Part shown: piece after piece, positions 43,835-54,339 of the stretch | Layout of the letters: each line of letters opens with the position of its first letter | Position numbering within the stretch: the first letter of the stretch is position 1 | Origin: Bdellovibrionales bacterium | GTDB taxonomy: Bacteria; Pseudomonadota; Alphaproteobacteria; Micavibrionales; UBA2020 | Assembly: GCA_038247245.1 (NCBI GenBank) | Contig: JBBRVE010000002.1 | Span: 10,173 to 74,172 of the forward strand | DNA length: 64,000 nt | Direction of reading: 5' to 3' | Notes under the pieces: generated by a model | Databases searched by the model: none | Told to the model about the DNA's origin: nothing | The model's input: the letters and a program-made list of their open reading frames with translations, nothing else | Translations under genes and position numbers: made by a program

Positions 43835-45040
43835 ATGAGCAATGCGCCGCCCATCATCCTCGACGACGCCATCAAGCAGCTGGCTGAAAAGGGCAGCTAT
43901 GCGGATTTCCGTGCGGGCGTTGCGCATCTGATGGACGATATGCGCACGCGCAAGGCGGTGCTGTCGCTGGTGCGTGCGCTGCCCAGAAATTTCAGGAACT
44001 GGCAAAAAACGGAATCCGTGCGCCTTCACGTCGAATTAAACGGCGCGGAAGTGACCGTGCCGAACGTGCTGGCGGCGGAGGTCAAGCGTCTCGACAGCCG
44101 CATCGACACCCATGAATTCAAGGCCGTCAACGGCTTGAAAATCGAATACGAAGACGGCGTGCTGGAAAAAATGCTGGCGGGCATGAAGCCCGACGGGCGC
44201 GGCTACACCGATGTGCATGAAATTTTCATGGAGAAAATCGGCCAGCCCGCGCGCAACCATGTGCTGCGTGAACAATCGCGCATTACTGGCTTGCGCAAGA
44301 AATACGATGACGTGCGCGTGACCGTGCGCGAGGGCACGGACGGCCAGCCCGAATTCCGCGCGTTTTCTGTCACGCAAGACGGCATCGATGCGCAAGCGAG
44401 GCAGGCACAGGATGCGCGCGCGCGAGCCATCGCCGAAATTACCGATATCGCGCGCTATATTTCCGCCGTCACCGCGCCGGATGTGGATGGAAAATTGCGC
44501 TCTGCCATTAAAGTGCAGCTAAGGTATGTGCAGGATCCGCCCGTGCTGGCATGGCAGAAACGCGAAGTATTCGCGATGCTGGGCAAACGCGAAACGCCCG
44601 ATCCCGCATCGCTGAACGTGCCTGCCCGCATCCATGCCGCGCTGGCGCAGGGCAACGCCAACATGCAGACGCAGTTCAATGACGCGGTGAAGCAGGTCCC
44701 CATCACGCCGTCGCCGCAGGTCATGAAGGAATTGACGGATGCCGTGCTGAACACGGAAACGGGCGAAGGCATGCCCGTGCGCAAACTGGTCAGCGAATAT
44801 TTCGTGACGCCCATGGTGCAGTGGATGAAACAGAATTTGGCCGACGTGATCGCGCAGACGAAAGAATTCAGCGATACGGTCGTGGTTGTCGATGCGCTGG
44901 GGGCACCCCGGCGCATCGCGACCGCTCATACCCATTCGGCCTTCGGCGTCTGGGCCAAAACCGGCCTGAAAACGCAAGCGCCCGTGAAGGCGCCGCGCAC
45001 CGCGTCATTCAAAAAATCTGTGGCGCAGAAGTTTATTTAA
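43835..45040 (+). CDS. hypothetical protein
   Basis: 401-aa ORF with protein-like composition, divergent from 42644..43657 across an AT-rich gap. Confidence 0.65.
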   Translation: MSNAPPIILDDAIKQLAEKGSYADFRAGVAHLMDDMRTRKAVLSLVRALPRNFRNWQKTESVRLHVELNGAEVTVPNVLAAEVKRLDSRIDTHEFKAVNGLKIEYEDGVLEKMLAGMKPDGRGYTDVHEIFMEKIGQPARNHVLREQSRITGLRKKYDDVRVTVREGTDGQPEFRAFSVTQDGIDAQARQAQDARARAIAEITDIARYISAVTAPDVDGKLRSAIKVQLRYVQDPPVLAWQKREVFAMLGKRETPDPASLNVPARIHAALAQGNANMQTQFNDAVKQVPITPSPQVMKELTDAVLNTETGEGMPVRKLVSEYFVTPMVQWMKQNLADVIAQTKEFSDTVVVVDALGAPRRIATAHTHSAFGVWAKTGLKTQAPVKAPRTASFKKSVAQKFI

Positions 45041-45809
45041 ATTTCGGTTTGCGTTTTTCGCGGAAGGCGTTCAGCGCCTCTTTCGCGTCTTCCGACCCCA
45101 ATGCCTGTTTGAACACTTTCGCCTCCGCAGCGATGCGGTCGGATACAGATTCAAAATCGCGGCGCAGCAGCGATTTGGTTTGGCGCAGGGCCTCGCGCGG
45201 CTTGGCGGCCAGTTTTTTGGCGGTTTTCAGCGCGGTTTTTTCAAGGTCGTCGGCGGCGACCACAGCGGTCGCAATGCCCATTTCCTTCGCCGCCGCAGGC
45301 GTGAACGGCTCGCCCAGCAGCAGTAATTCGGACGCGCGCTGGAGCCCCGCGACCTTGGGCAGCAGCAGGCTGGCAGCGGCTTCGGGCACCAGACCCAGAT
45401 CGACGAAGGGCATCGCCATCACGGCGCTGTCCACCACATACACGAAATCGCAATGCAGCAGCATGGTGACGCCGATGCCGATTGCCGTGCCGTTGACGGC
45501 GGCGACGACGGGCAGCTTCGCCTCCGATATCGCTTTCAAAAAATTCAGCACGGGGCTGTTTTTTCCATCGGGCGGGTTGGTCAGGAAATCTTCAAGATCA
45601 TTGCCGGCGGTGAATGAATTTTTCACGCCCGTGATGATGATGGCGCGCACCGCGGGATTTTTCTCCGCATCGTTCAGCGCATCGGCCATGGCCTGATACA
45701 TCTCGCCGGTCAGCGCGTTTTTCTTGTCGGGGCGGTTCATGCGGATGGTCAAAATACCATCATCGACCGTCGTCGTGACGTGATCGGACATGCGGAATCT
45801 CCCCTGCAA
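45033..45809 (-). CDS. enoyl-CoA hydratase/isomerase family protein
   Basis: 258 aa. ILTIRMNRPDKKNALT, ITG....F.AGNDL and AAVNG.A.G.G..MLL.CD are classic crotonase-fold motifs. Confidence 0.92.
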   Translation of the reverse strand: MQGRFRMSDHVTTTVDDGILTIRMNRPDKKNALTGEMYQAMADALNDAEKNPAVRAIIITGVKNSFTAGNDLEDFLTNPPDGKNSPVLNFLKAISEAKLPVVAAVNGTAIGIGVTMLLHCDFVYVVDSAVMAMPFVDLGLVPEAAASLLLPKVAGLQRASELLLLGEPFTPAAAKEMGIATAVVAADDLEKTALKTAKKLAAKPREALRQTKSLLRRDFESVSDRIAAEAKVFKQALGSEDAKEALNAFREKRKPKFK

Positions 45810-45863
45810 AACAAATAATTGTATAGAAAAGTTGTAGCAGGTCGGGGAAAGCGCGGCAATACC

Positions 45864-46868
45864 TCAGGCCCTGGCGAAAAGGTCGAGGTTTGCCGCGATT
45901 TTAAAGGATTTCAGGCGCGTGGCGTGGTCATGGATATGCCCCGTCAGCATCAATTCGTCAGGTTTCAGGTCGGTGATCACCTCGCGCAAGCCATTTTCCA
46001 CCTGCGCGCCCGTGCCGACAAATGAATAGGCGAGGGCATGGTTGACCATCGCCTTTTCGGCGGGCGACCAAAAGGATTCGATGTTGTCTATCGGCGGCGG
46101 CAATTGCCCGGGACGTCCGCGCCGCAGATTGACGAAGGCCTGCTGGTGCGATGTGAAATGGTATTTCGCGGCTTCTTCCGTCTCCGCCGCAAGCACGTTG
46201 ACGGTCAGCATGAAATACGGTTTTTCCAATTGCGCCGACGGGCGGAACTGCGTGCGATAGATATGCAGCGCGGCATGTAATGCATCCGGCGCGAAATGGG
46301 ATGCAAATGCGTAGGGTAAACCAAGGGCCGCTGCCAGCTGCGCGCCAAAGGTGCTGGAGCCCAGCATCCAGATCGGCACATGCAAGCCTGCACCCGGCAC
46401 AGCGCGGAGTTTCTGCCCCGGCGCGATATCGTCGAACAAAATCTGCAATTCCTGCACATCCTGCGGGAAACGCTCGGCTGCCGCCATCACATCGCGGCGC
46501 AGGGCCTGTGACGTCATCTGGTCGGTGCCGGGCGCGCGGCCCAGGCCAAGGTCGATACGCCCGGGGTAGAGTGATTCCAGCGTGCCGAACTGTTCGGCGA
46601 TCACCAGCGGCGAATGGTTTGGCAGCATGATGCCGCCCGATCCCACGCGGATTTTTTTCGTGCCGCCCGCGATATGTGCGATCACAACGGCGGTTGCGGC
46701 TGATGCGATGCCCGGCATGTTGTGATGCTCGGCCAGCCAGAAACGGGTGTAACCGGTTTCCTCCGCCAGTTGCGCCAGTTCAAGGCTGTTGCGGAACGAA
46801 TCCGCCGGCGTTGCGCCATCGGGAACGGGGCAGAGGTCGAGGATGGAAACGGGGATTTTCGCGGTCAT
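45864..46868 (-). CDS. LLM-class flavin-dependent oxidoreductase (luciferase-like)
   Basis: Start at [12 protein letters not shown]. Motifs [42 protein letters not shown]. Confidence 0.9.
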   Translation of the reverse strand: MTAKIPVSILDLCPVPDGATPADSFRNSLELAQLAEETGYTRFWLAEHHNMPGIASAATAVVIAHIAGGTKKIRVGSGGIMLPNHSPLVIAEQFGTLESLYPGRIDLGLGRAPGTDQMTSQALRRDVMAAAERFPQDVQELQILFDDIAPGQKLRAVPGAGLHVPIWMLGSSTFGAQLAAALGLPYAFASHFAPDALHAALHIYRTQFRPSAQLEKPYFMLTVNVLAAETEEAAKYHFTSHQQAFVNLRRGRPGQLPPPIDNIESFWSPAEKAMVNHALAYSFVGTGAQVENGLREVITDLKPDELMLTGHIHDHATRLKSFKIAANLDLFARA

Positions 46869-46988
46869 GGGCGGGGCACCGGTTTTTTCGTGGTTCCGGG
46901 CCTGATATAGCGTCCGGCATTCGTTTTTCAAGATGACCGCCAGCGGCCTTCATGTATATAATCCCCCCGTCATAAAGGGTATGCAACC

Positions 46989-47567
46989 ATGAAAATAGCG
47001 ATTGTGGGCCGCGGCGTCTTCGGCACATTTCTGGCGGATGAACTGGCTGCACATGCGGAAATTTCCGATGATGCGGATATTGTGCTGATCGCGGTGCCGG
47101 TCTCGGCTGTCGGCGATGTCGCGCAAAAACATGCGGGCAAGCATCTGGTCAATTTATGCTCCGTACAGGCGAAGCCGAATGATGCCTGTCTGGCGCACAG
47201 CGCACGCGTTTCCGGCATTCACCCGATGTTCGGCCCGCAAAGCCCCGTCACCAACCGTTCCTGCGTCGTGACGCTGGAATGTGCGGAAACGGCGGCTGTC
47301 GTAGACCTGTTCAAAAAAATCGGCTGCGAGATTGTGACGCATGACACTAATGGCAAGCAGATCACCGGCAAGATGCATGACGAAATGATGCGCAAGACGC
47401 ATCTGCCCGTGCTGATGTTCGGTGAACTGGCGGCGTTGATTGCGGAACAGGCGAAGGATGTGCCCGATAACTGCCTGCCCACCTCGTTCAAACGCCTGAA
47501 GGCGCTCGCCGAGCAGATGAAGGATATGTCGCCCGGCACTGTCGAAAGTATCCGCAGTAACCTTTGA
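46989..47567 (+). CDS. prephenate/arogenate dehydrogenase-like NAD(P)-binding protein (short)
   Basis: Rossmann N-terminus MKIAIVGRGVFG and the HPMFGP motif characteristic of TyrA-family enzymes. Only 192 aa. Confidence 0.6.
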   Translation: MKIAIVGRGVFGTFLADELAAHAEISDDADIVLIAVPVSAVGDVAQKHAGKHLVNLCSVQAKPNDACLAHSARVSGIHPMFGPQSPVTNRSCVVTLECAETAAVVDLFKKIGCEIVTHDTNGKQITGKMHDEMMRKTHLPVLMFGELAALIAEQAKDVPDNCLPTSFKRLKALAEQMKDMSPGTVESIRSNL

Positions 47568-47579
47568 TTTTCAAAAACC

Positions 47580-47942
47580 TTAAGGGGCGGGGCGGCGCGT
47601 GAAGCGTGCGGTTGCCGGCGCTGTCACCTTTTTGCGGAGCTGCATGGCGGCTAAAAAAACTTCCTGCAGCGTGACGGGCTCCGCATTCTCCGGGCGGATG
47701 ACGAGCGGGCTATAGGGCAGGGTGATGAAGGTCTCGTTTTTGCGCTCTACGCTTCCCAACACCACATAAAGACGCGCCGCGCTGTCGTCGCCGCGCTGAT
47801 CCATCTTTGAACTCACGATCTCCCATACGCCGCATTTATTGCGGTTCCAGCTGTTGTCTTCCGTGCCGGGTTCGGCAAGCACATCGACGATCACGCGCTG
47901 ACCACTGCGGATAAAGTCTGGAATGTCGTCCGGTGCTGCCAC
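47580..47942 (-). CDS. hypothetical protein
   Basis: 120-aa ORF with no recognised motif and an AT-rich promoter-like region upstream. Confidence 0.5.
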   Translation of the reverse strand: MAAPDDIPDFIRSGQRVIVDVLAEPGTEDNSWNRNKCGVWEIVSSKMDQRGDDSAARLYVVLGSVERKNETFITLPYSPLVIRPENAEPVTLQEVFLAAMQLRKKVTAPATARFTRRPAP

Positions 47943-48024
47943 GCATCAACCTTTGTTTGAGGTATTATAATAAGAATTATATGATATATATAGTTTATTT
48001 TACGATATATGTCAATAAAATTCG

Positions 48025-49233
48025 TTACCCGGGCAGCAGTTTGAAGGCGCGGGGCGCCAGCCAGACGACAAAGGGCGTCACGAACATCGATAGGGCCGTG
48101 ACCAGCATGAAAAACTGCGCATCGCCCTTCGGGATGATCCCGTAACCCAGCGCCAGCGTTAAAATGACAAAGGCGAATTCGCCGCATTGGCCCAGCATCA
48201 CGGCGGTTTCACCCGCAACGCGTTTATGCACGCCAAAGCCGCGCGTGACCGCAAACAATATCCCCGCCTTCGCAAAACCGATGCCGATGACGGAGGCGAG
48301 CAGCCAGCCGATATGCTTCGCCACTTCGTTCAAATCGACGCCCAGGCCGACCGACAGGAAAAATACACCCATCAGCAAGCCTTTCACGGGTGCGATAATT
48401 TCCTCCACATCCTTGCGGTATTCCGTTTCAGCCAGCAATAGCCCCGCCAGAAACGCACCCAGCGCGCCCGACAAACCCGCATATTCGGTCAGCATCGCGG
48501 CACCGATCACGATGAACAGCACGAAAGACATCAGCCATTCGCGCCGCCGGTGGGGCTTGATGATCCGCAGCACGGGCGGCAGGAGGCGCATGCCGATCAC
48601 GTAAATCAATGCAATCGCGCATATGCCGATACCCAGCGCCTTTAAAACCGGCAGCAGCAGCGTGCCTTCCTCATTTTTGGCAAAGGCCGATACCATCGCC
48701 AGCACAGGCACGACCATCAAATCCTGCATCAACAGGATTGAAAAGCATAATTTGCCGGCGGCGGTGCCTTCGCTCTTTTTTTCCTCCAGCAATTGCATCA
48801 CGACGGCGGTAGATGAAAAAGACAGGCAGGCGGCCATCAGGATGGAAACCTCCAGCCCGTTGCCGAAACTGTAGGCAAAGGCAAAGATCACGCCCGCCGT
48901 CGCCAGAACCTGCGCGCCGCCAATGCCGGCCACGTCGCGCCGGCGGTTCCACAATTCGTTGAGAGAAAGTTTCAGGCCAATCATGAACATCAGGAACACG
49001 ATGCCCAGCTCGCCGAATCTCTGCAGCGCGTCTTCGGTCATCGTTATTTTTCCGGCGGCATCCGCAGCCCCGCCTGCAACCTCACGGTCGATCCATGCAA
49101 AGGGGCCATGGGGCGCGATCAGCACGCCGCAGAGCAAATATCCCAATACGGGCGATATCTTCAGCCTGTGCAAAACCGGTACGGTCAGCCCCGCGATGCC
49201 GAGGACGATCAGAAGCTGTGAAAAATTATGCAT
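48025..49233 (-). CDS. cation:proton antiporter (CPA2 membrane domain), distant paralog of 18094..19326
   Basis: 402 aa, polytopic. Motifs GYLLCGVLI.P and LGIVFLMFMIGLKLS. Confidence 0.9.
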   Translation of the reverse strand: MHNFSQLLIVLGIAGLTVPVLHRLKISPVLGYLLCGVLIAPHGPFAWIDREVAGGAADAAGKITMTEDALQRFGELGIVFLMFMIGLKLSLNELWNRRRDVAGIGGAQVLATAGVIFAFAYSFGNGLEVSILMAACLSFSSTAVVMQLLEEKKSEGTAAGKLCFSILLMQDLMVVPVLAMVSAFAKNEEGTLLLPVLKALGIGICAIALIYVIGMRLLPPVLRIIKPHRRREWLMSFVLFIVIGAAMLTEYAGLSGALGAFLAGLLLAETEYRKDVEEIIAPVKGLLMGVFFLSVGLGVDLNEVAKHIGWLLASVIGIGFAKAGILFAVTRGFGVHKRVAGETAVMLGQCGEFAFVILTLALGYGIIPKGDAQFFMLVTALSMFVTPFVVWLAPRAFKLLPG

Positions 49234-49297
49234 GTGGCGCCCTGTCTTTTAACGCAAGCAAACCCTAGCACAGCTGTTATGGTTCCGCAAAAACACG

Positions 49298-51010
49298 TTA
49301 GAGCCGCAACCCCAGATGGTCGCGGATAAAGGCGGTGGCGGCCTGCGCCTCCGCCTCGCCCGCGAAGCTTTCGCCGAGGGTGATATCGCCGCCGTTTTTC
49401 AGCTTGCCGAAAACGCGGAAAAACTGCACTTGCCTCCCGCCATTGTGCCTGCTGCTGGTGCTGGCATGTGCCAGTGACTGGATATCGTCAAGCGCCGCAT
49501 AGGTTTTTTTGACAGGTATGCCGAAAATGCAGCGGAGGGTTTCAATGCCGCCGCCCATGCTGTCGCGCCGCACGGTCAATGAATTGGCGGCGGCATACAG
49601 GCAGCCGGTGAAAACCAGCAAGCCAATCCCGCCGAAAATCGCGCCACCCAGCCATCCGTCGTGTTTGGTATAAATGAAAACACCGGCGATAAAAAACACG
49701 GCACCGAACAGCATGCCCAGCGTACAGCCGAACAGGCCGCGCCCCATCGGGTAAAACAGCGCATCGCCGCGCATGATGATGCGCGCGCGCATGTTGCGAT
49801 CGGCCATCTGTCTGGTGATGTCCGCCGATGCCTGCGCCGCGCGGTCCCCGATGCGCGATTTCGTGGTGGCAGGATAGGCGGGAATTTCGTAATCGCGGTT
49901 GATATCGACGCCCGGCAGGTCGGCCTGAAGGCTCAACCGCCACAAGTCATATGAATCGCCGCTTTGCGCGGCATCCGATGGCGGCAGGTTCGCCGGCACC
50001 TCGAAACGGAATTGCAGCCGCGTGCCGTGGATGCCCTGTTCGGCATAGGCGACCACGCTTTGCTGCCATGCGAACCGCTCCGAGCGTGAACAGTTTTTGC
50101 CGCTGCCGCTCTCATAGCTATGGACGGATGACAGGGTGATGTTAAAGACGTTGTTTGAATCAAACGGCACCGGTAATTCAATCGTGCCGCCCGCCTGCCC
50201 GCCGATGGCGGCGGGGAAGGGATCGAGCGCCACGGGTGATACCCCGAATTTTTTCCATTCCAGCGTTTGTTTGATCGCCCAGTACAGCGTGGCGATGCCG
50301 ATGACGGGGAATATCACCGCCAGCAACGCACCGTAATTGTGCTTCACCAGAACCTCGTCACGCAGCATAAACACGACGGGAGCGGAGACGAGATTCCAGC
50401 CGATGCTGAAGAACCACGCGAAATATAAAACGGTTTTGGAGCCCGATGTAATTTCATTGGTCTGCCAGCGAGGGTTTTCCAGCCACGGCGCATCTCCATA
50501 TGCCGCGCGGACGGCGGGGTCAACCGGGCGTTTTCTGTAGACCGCGGCGCATATCAGGGCGATGCCCGCGCCGCCGAACAGCACGGCGAACAGCGCCTTG
50601 AACCCTACCATGCCCCAGCGCAGGTCGCGGTAAATCACGGCGCTGTAGGGGGCTTCGGGATCGACATATACTTCGATGCTGCGGCCTTCATTGGCGGCGG
50701 CGGACAGCGCCGCGCCTTGGTCTTCATGCGCGTGGCCGATGTTGTCGGACATGGTGTCGATGGCGACGCGGCTGGCGGTGTATTCCTGACCCTGATAGCT
50801 GTACTTGTATTCGGCGCGGGCGCGGTAGGTGGTGGTGCCTTCGTCGTCGGTGTTTTCATCGACGCCGCCCGATAATACCTGCGCCTGCACGGGTGCCCAG
50901 TTCTGCATCGCCTGCGATTCCATGAATGTTTTTGTAATGGAATATGTCGCCCAGATGCCGACGCCCAGAAAAGGCAGGGCGAACAGAAACATGAAAATAC
51001 GGCTGCCCAC
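49298..51010 (-). CDS. DUF3592-like membrane protein
   Basis: 570 aa. An N-terminal TM helix followed by W..V.A.V......D.......TYRA.AEYKYSYQGQEY, as recalled for DUF3592, plus several further TM segments. Confidence 0.7.
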   Translation of the reverse strand: MGSRIFMFLFALPFLGVGIWATYSITKTFMESQAMQNWAPVQAQVLSGGVDENTDDEGTTTYRARAEYKYSYQGQEYTASRVAIDTMSDNIGHAHEDQGAALSAAANEGRSIEVYVDPEAPYSAVIYRDLRWGMVGFKALFAVLFGGAGIALICAAVYRKRPVDPAVRAAYGDAPWLENPRWQTNEITSGSKTVLYFAWFFSIGWNLVSAPVVFMLRDEVLVKHNYGALLAVIFPVIGIATLYWAIKQTLEWKKFGVSPVALDPFPAAIGGQAGGTIELPVPFDSNNVFNITLSSVHSYESGSGKNCSRSERFAWQQSVVAYAEQGIHGTRLQFRFEVPANLPPSDAAQSGDSYDLWRLSLQADLPGVDINRDYEIPAYPATTKSRIGDRAAQASADITRQMADRNMRARIIMRGDALFYPMGRGLFGCTLGMLFGAVFFIAGVFIYTKHDGWLGGAIFGGIGLLVFTGCLYAAANSLTVRRDSMGGGIETLRCIFGIPVKKTYAALDDIQSLAHASTSSRHNGGRQVQFFRVFGKLKNGGDITLGESFAGEAEAQAATAFIRDHLGLRL

Positions 51011-51031
51011 GGGAAACCTCGCGTTTCGGGA

Positions 51032-51865
51032 TTATGCGCAGGGGGGATGGGATAGGTTGGTTGACGGCGCCTTGTTCATAGGCTGCCAGTTAACGGTTGT
51101 TTGCGCAAGGCGGTCGAGGATGATGGCGGCCGCATTATCGCTGAACGGCATCGCCACATGGCCGCTTCGGATGCGGATATTTTCCGATTGCATGCCGCCG
51201 GTGTTCAGCGCCTCTTTCCAGCCCGCAATCCAGTCGTCGGTGGAAAACAGCGATGTGGTGGGCACGGGCGGCGCGATGCGCGGGTCGGTGTTTTGTGTGC
51301 CGTAAAATCCCTGCACATGCGCCACACGTTCATCGACCGCGCCGCCGGATTCGCGCTGGCCGAAGGGTGCGCCCAGCGTGATGACATGCGCGACCAGTTC
51401 GGGATGGCGGCGCGCCAGTTCGCGGGCGTAAACACCGCCCAGGCTATAACCGACGATGGATACCTTTTGGTTGCCGTTGGCGGCATAGATGTTTTTCAGG
51501 TGTTCTTCGAGCTGTTTCGCCTTTGTCTCGCTGGGGCCCATATTCATGCCTGATTCCCAGCCATACACGGCATAGCCATGATCGCGGATGGTATGTTGCA
51601 GTTCCGACATATGCAGGTCATTGCCGAAAAACCCGGGGATGACGAGCACGGGGTGGCCGTCACCGCGCGGCACGCCCGCGATATCGCGGGTGACGGGCGC
51701 TTGTGCCTCGGCGGCTTGTACGGTTGCGGTGACAGCCGCCGGTTCGCGTTGCAGCGCGTTGACGCCGCTTTGCAGCGCAAAGCCTCCGCCCAGCAGCGCC
51801 GCGCTGGTCAGCGCGTAGGCGGCGAAAGTCTTGGCAAGTTTTTTACGTGCGGTGTTGTTGCTCAT
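51032..51865 (-). CDS. secreted alpha/beta-hydrolase (lipase/esterase-like)
   Basis: Nucleophile elbow GYSLGG, a signal-like N-terminus and the motif PVLVIPGFFGND. The start is uncertain (51865 or 51913). Confidence 0.8.
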   Translation of the reverse strand: MSNNTARKKLAKTFAAYALTSAALLGGGFALQSGVNALQREPAAVTATVQAAEAQAPVTRDIAGVPRGDGHPVLVIPGFFGNDLHMSELQHTIRDHGYAVYGWESGMNMGPSETKAKQLEEHLKNIYAANGNQKVSIVGYSLGGVYARELARRHPELVAHVITLGAPFGQRESGGAVDERVAHVQGFYGTQNTDPRIAPPVPTTSLFSTDDWIAGWKEALNTGGMQSENIRIRSGHVAMPFSDNAAAIILDRLAQTTVNWQPMNKAPSTNLSHPPCA

Positions 51866-51940
51866 CTTGAGGCTCTGCCCTGAAATACAGCCAAAAACTA
51901 CGCCTGTGGACAAAAACCGTCAACCGAATTGCGGAAATTA

Positions 51941-52894
51941 CTATAGTACCGCAATCTTTCTAAGTTGATGATTTTTCGGCATTTTATCAATTTTCGCAGC
52001 GAGTTTCATTCGCAAGTGGGCATGCTGCGCGCCGCTCAGGTCGACTTTTTTACCATCAAGGCGAATGCCCCCCTTGCGGAAGGCGCCCGCCAGCACGCGC
52101 GCGCCCAGATAAAACGTATCCGAGTCGGTCTTCGCCTTCAGCGTGATCGCCACCAGTCTCTCCATCGCCTGCTGCGGCTTGAGTTTTTTAAGCGGCGCGA
52201 AATCGTGCGAAATTTTTGCAAGGCGTTTCGCCGATGGCGTGCATTTCTCCGCATATTCCGCCGCGATCTTTTTCGTCTGCGCGGGCGTGAGGCTGGAGAA
52301 ATCCGCCGTTTCCGCGTCGCAAATAATTTTATCCAGCGTGAAGGTGGTCAGGTGCGAATTCTTGCCCAGCAGCATGGCAACCGCCGCGCGTTTCCATCCG
52401 GCATATTCAAGGTTCGCGCGCGCATCGGCATCGAAACGCTGGTAATGGCGCAGCGCCGCGAAACCGTCGGCGGCGTTTTCGCTTTCCGTGCCGTTAAGCT
52501 TGGGCAGCAGCGAATGGCCGGTTTCGTGGTCGAAGGTCGCAACGTCGTCCGCCGCGCCGGGTTTTTCGCCGAACACCGCATGGCGATCGGGGTGGAACAC
52601 CAGCACGCCGAGGTTCTTCTTGTGTTCGCGGTTGACGGCAAGGTGAAAGGATGTTTTCAGCCGCTTGGCATCGCGGACCATTTTCTCGACTTCGGTGATG
52701 TCATCGTCATCGACGCCCTGTTGCACCAGATCGTCGGAATAGGCATCGGGCGCAACCTCGCCCGCATGGATGAACAGCATATTGCCGCGCAGTTCCGGGT
52801 GGTCTTTTTGCGCGCGTTTGGCGACCGCGTTGAAATCGAAACGCACAGAGGTGTCCCCCGTAGCTGGGGACTGTTTTTTCGGCTTTGCTGTCAT
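51941..52894 (-). CDS. hypothetical protein with an HExxH motif
   Basis: 317 aa containing FDHETGHSL. No other recognisable domain. Confidence 0.55.
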   Translation of the reverse strand: MTAKPKKQSPATGDTSVRFDFNAVAKRAQKDHPELRGNMLFIHAGEVAPDAYSDDLVQQGVDDDDITEVEKMVRDAKRLKTSFHLAVNREHKKNLGVLVFHPDRHAVFGEKPGAADDVATFDHETGHSLLPKLNGTESENAADGFAALRHYQRFDADARANLEYAGWKRAAVAMLLGKNSHLTTFTLDKIICDAETADFSSLTPAQTKKIAAEYAEKCTPSAKRLAKISHDFAPLKKLKPQQAMERLVAITLKAKTDSDTFYLGARVLAGAFRKGGIRLDGKKVDLSGAQHAHLRMKLAAKIDKMPKNHQLRKIAVL

Positions 52895-52929
52895 ATAGGA
52901 TTATCTTAAGGTAAGGGGGTGGCAGGTCA

Positions 52930-53547
52930 ATGGCCATAATTTTCCTCTTCTGGCGGTGCAGCATGACGACAAATGAAGATTTCAAGACCACAGCCCTGCA
53001 GATCAAGCGGGCGGAAAAGCTGCGCGGTTACCTGAACAGCCGCAACGCCCCGCCCTCGGGCGAGGCCGATTTCCTGACCGGCATGTCCAGCGACGCGACG
53101 CTGGTGGTCATCATCATGTGCGACGACATGTTCCGAAAATCCGGGCTGACGGGCACGCTGCCGTGGGAACAGTATGCCGTGTTGTGCGGCGTGGGCGCGT
53201 GCCTGACCGACGCGATCACGCAGTTCACCAACCTGCCGCGCGAAGCCTATTCCTTTATGCTGTCCGACAGCATCAATTTCCTGCTGGCCGGTGCCGACCG
53301 CGAACAATGGAGCAAGCGCGAGGAAATTTACGGATTTGCCGTCACGCAGTATAAACACATGATGGCAAAACCCGCGCTGGCCACGCTGGCCGACGCGCTG
53401 GGCGGCGCGTTTTATGTGTTCATCGATACGGGCGATGAATCGCAGTTGGGCATCATGCAGGAAAATTTCGACAAGCTGATGACCGCACCCGACGTGCCGG
53501 ACGAGCTGCGCAAACTGCAGGAAGAGCAAAAGGGCAAAAAGCCGTAA
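52930..53547 (+). CDS. hypothetical protein
   Basis: 205-aa ORF. The start may be the ATG at 52963 (MTTNEDFK). Confidence 0.55.
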   Translation: MAIIFLFWRCSMTTNEDFKTTALQIKRAEKLRGYLNSRNAPPSGEADFLTGMSSDATLVVIIMCDDMFRKSGLTGTLPWEQYAVLCGVGACLTDAITQFTNLPREAYSFMLSDSINFLLAGADREQWSKREEIYGFAVTQYKHMMAKPALATLADALGGAFYVFIDTGDESQLGIMQENFDKLMTAPDVPDELRKLQEEQKGKKP

Positions 53548-53550
53548 GGC

Positions 53551-54147
53551 TTATAAATCGAAGCTTCTACCGCGGTTTTTGCGCGGTGCTGGCGTCTCGG
53601 CGGCCAGCTTTGCTTCCAGTTTTGAAAACAATTCATCCTTGGCCGTAAAGAAACGCGCCACCAGCGGCGATCCGTCGATATTGGCAAATGATACTTCGTC
53701 CTGTCCGAACGACGCCTTCACATGCGCCAGCACATCGGCGGTTTTGCCGCCCAGGTCTTCACCCTTGGCAACCGATACCAGCATGTTTTCGATCAGCACG
53801 ATGCCGGAGGCCGCGCGGGCATAGGCGATCACGGGCGGCAGCGCTTCGTTGGGGCGCGCGCCGATCAGCGGCTCGATGGCGTTCTCGACCTCGACGCCGT
53901 AATTCATGATCAGGTTCGGCATGTCCATGTAGAGCAGTTGCGGCTCGATCACCAGCGCGGCGCAGATCATCGCGGCTTCTTTCTGCGCGTTTGTGCCTTC
54001 GCCATGTTGTTCGATCAGGCGGTACGCCTGTTGCTGGAACGCGGTGATATGCGCGGGTTGCGGGCCCAGCATGTCTTGCACCATGCCATCTTCGCGCGAA
54101 CTGTCGAATTGCAGCAGGCGGGGGTATTTGCGGTAGAGGTCGTTCAT
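53551..54147 (-). CDS. hypothetical protein
   Basis: 198-aa ORF with protein-like composition. Confidence 0.6.
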   Translation of the reverse strand: MNDLYRKYPRLLQFDSSREDGMVQDMLGPQPAHITAFQQQAYRLIEQHGEGTNAQKEAAMICAALVIEPQLLYMDMPNLIMNYGVEVENAIEPLIGARPNEALPPVIAYARAASGIVLIENMLVSVAKGEDLGGKTADVLAHVKASFGQDEVSFANIDGSPLVARFFTAKDELFSKLEAKLAAETPAPRKNRGRSFDL

Positions 54148-54339
54148 GGCGTCACCTTTTCCGCCGCGGCGGCGGAGTTGTAAAAACGTATATTATGGGC
54201 TGCCGTAACCTTCGCAAATTAGTGCTAGAGCCACAAGCCGGAATTTCGTTAAATTATTATGTGAATGTGGCGGTTAAGCCCTATATTGGCGCGGCGGTGC
54301 TGCTATTGTAAGGACAGTCGAACCGCCGGAGCGTATTCC

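Noticed and set aside
18094-49233. Two CPA2 antiporter genes (18094..19326 and 48025..49233), considered as a recent duplication or as island-associated.
   Set aside because: The proteins share only family-level motifs and their flanks are unrelated. They are ordinary distant paralogs.
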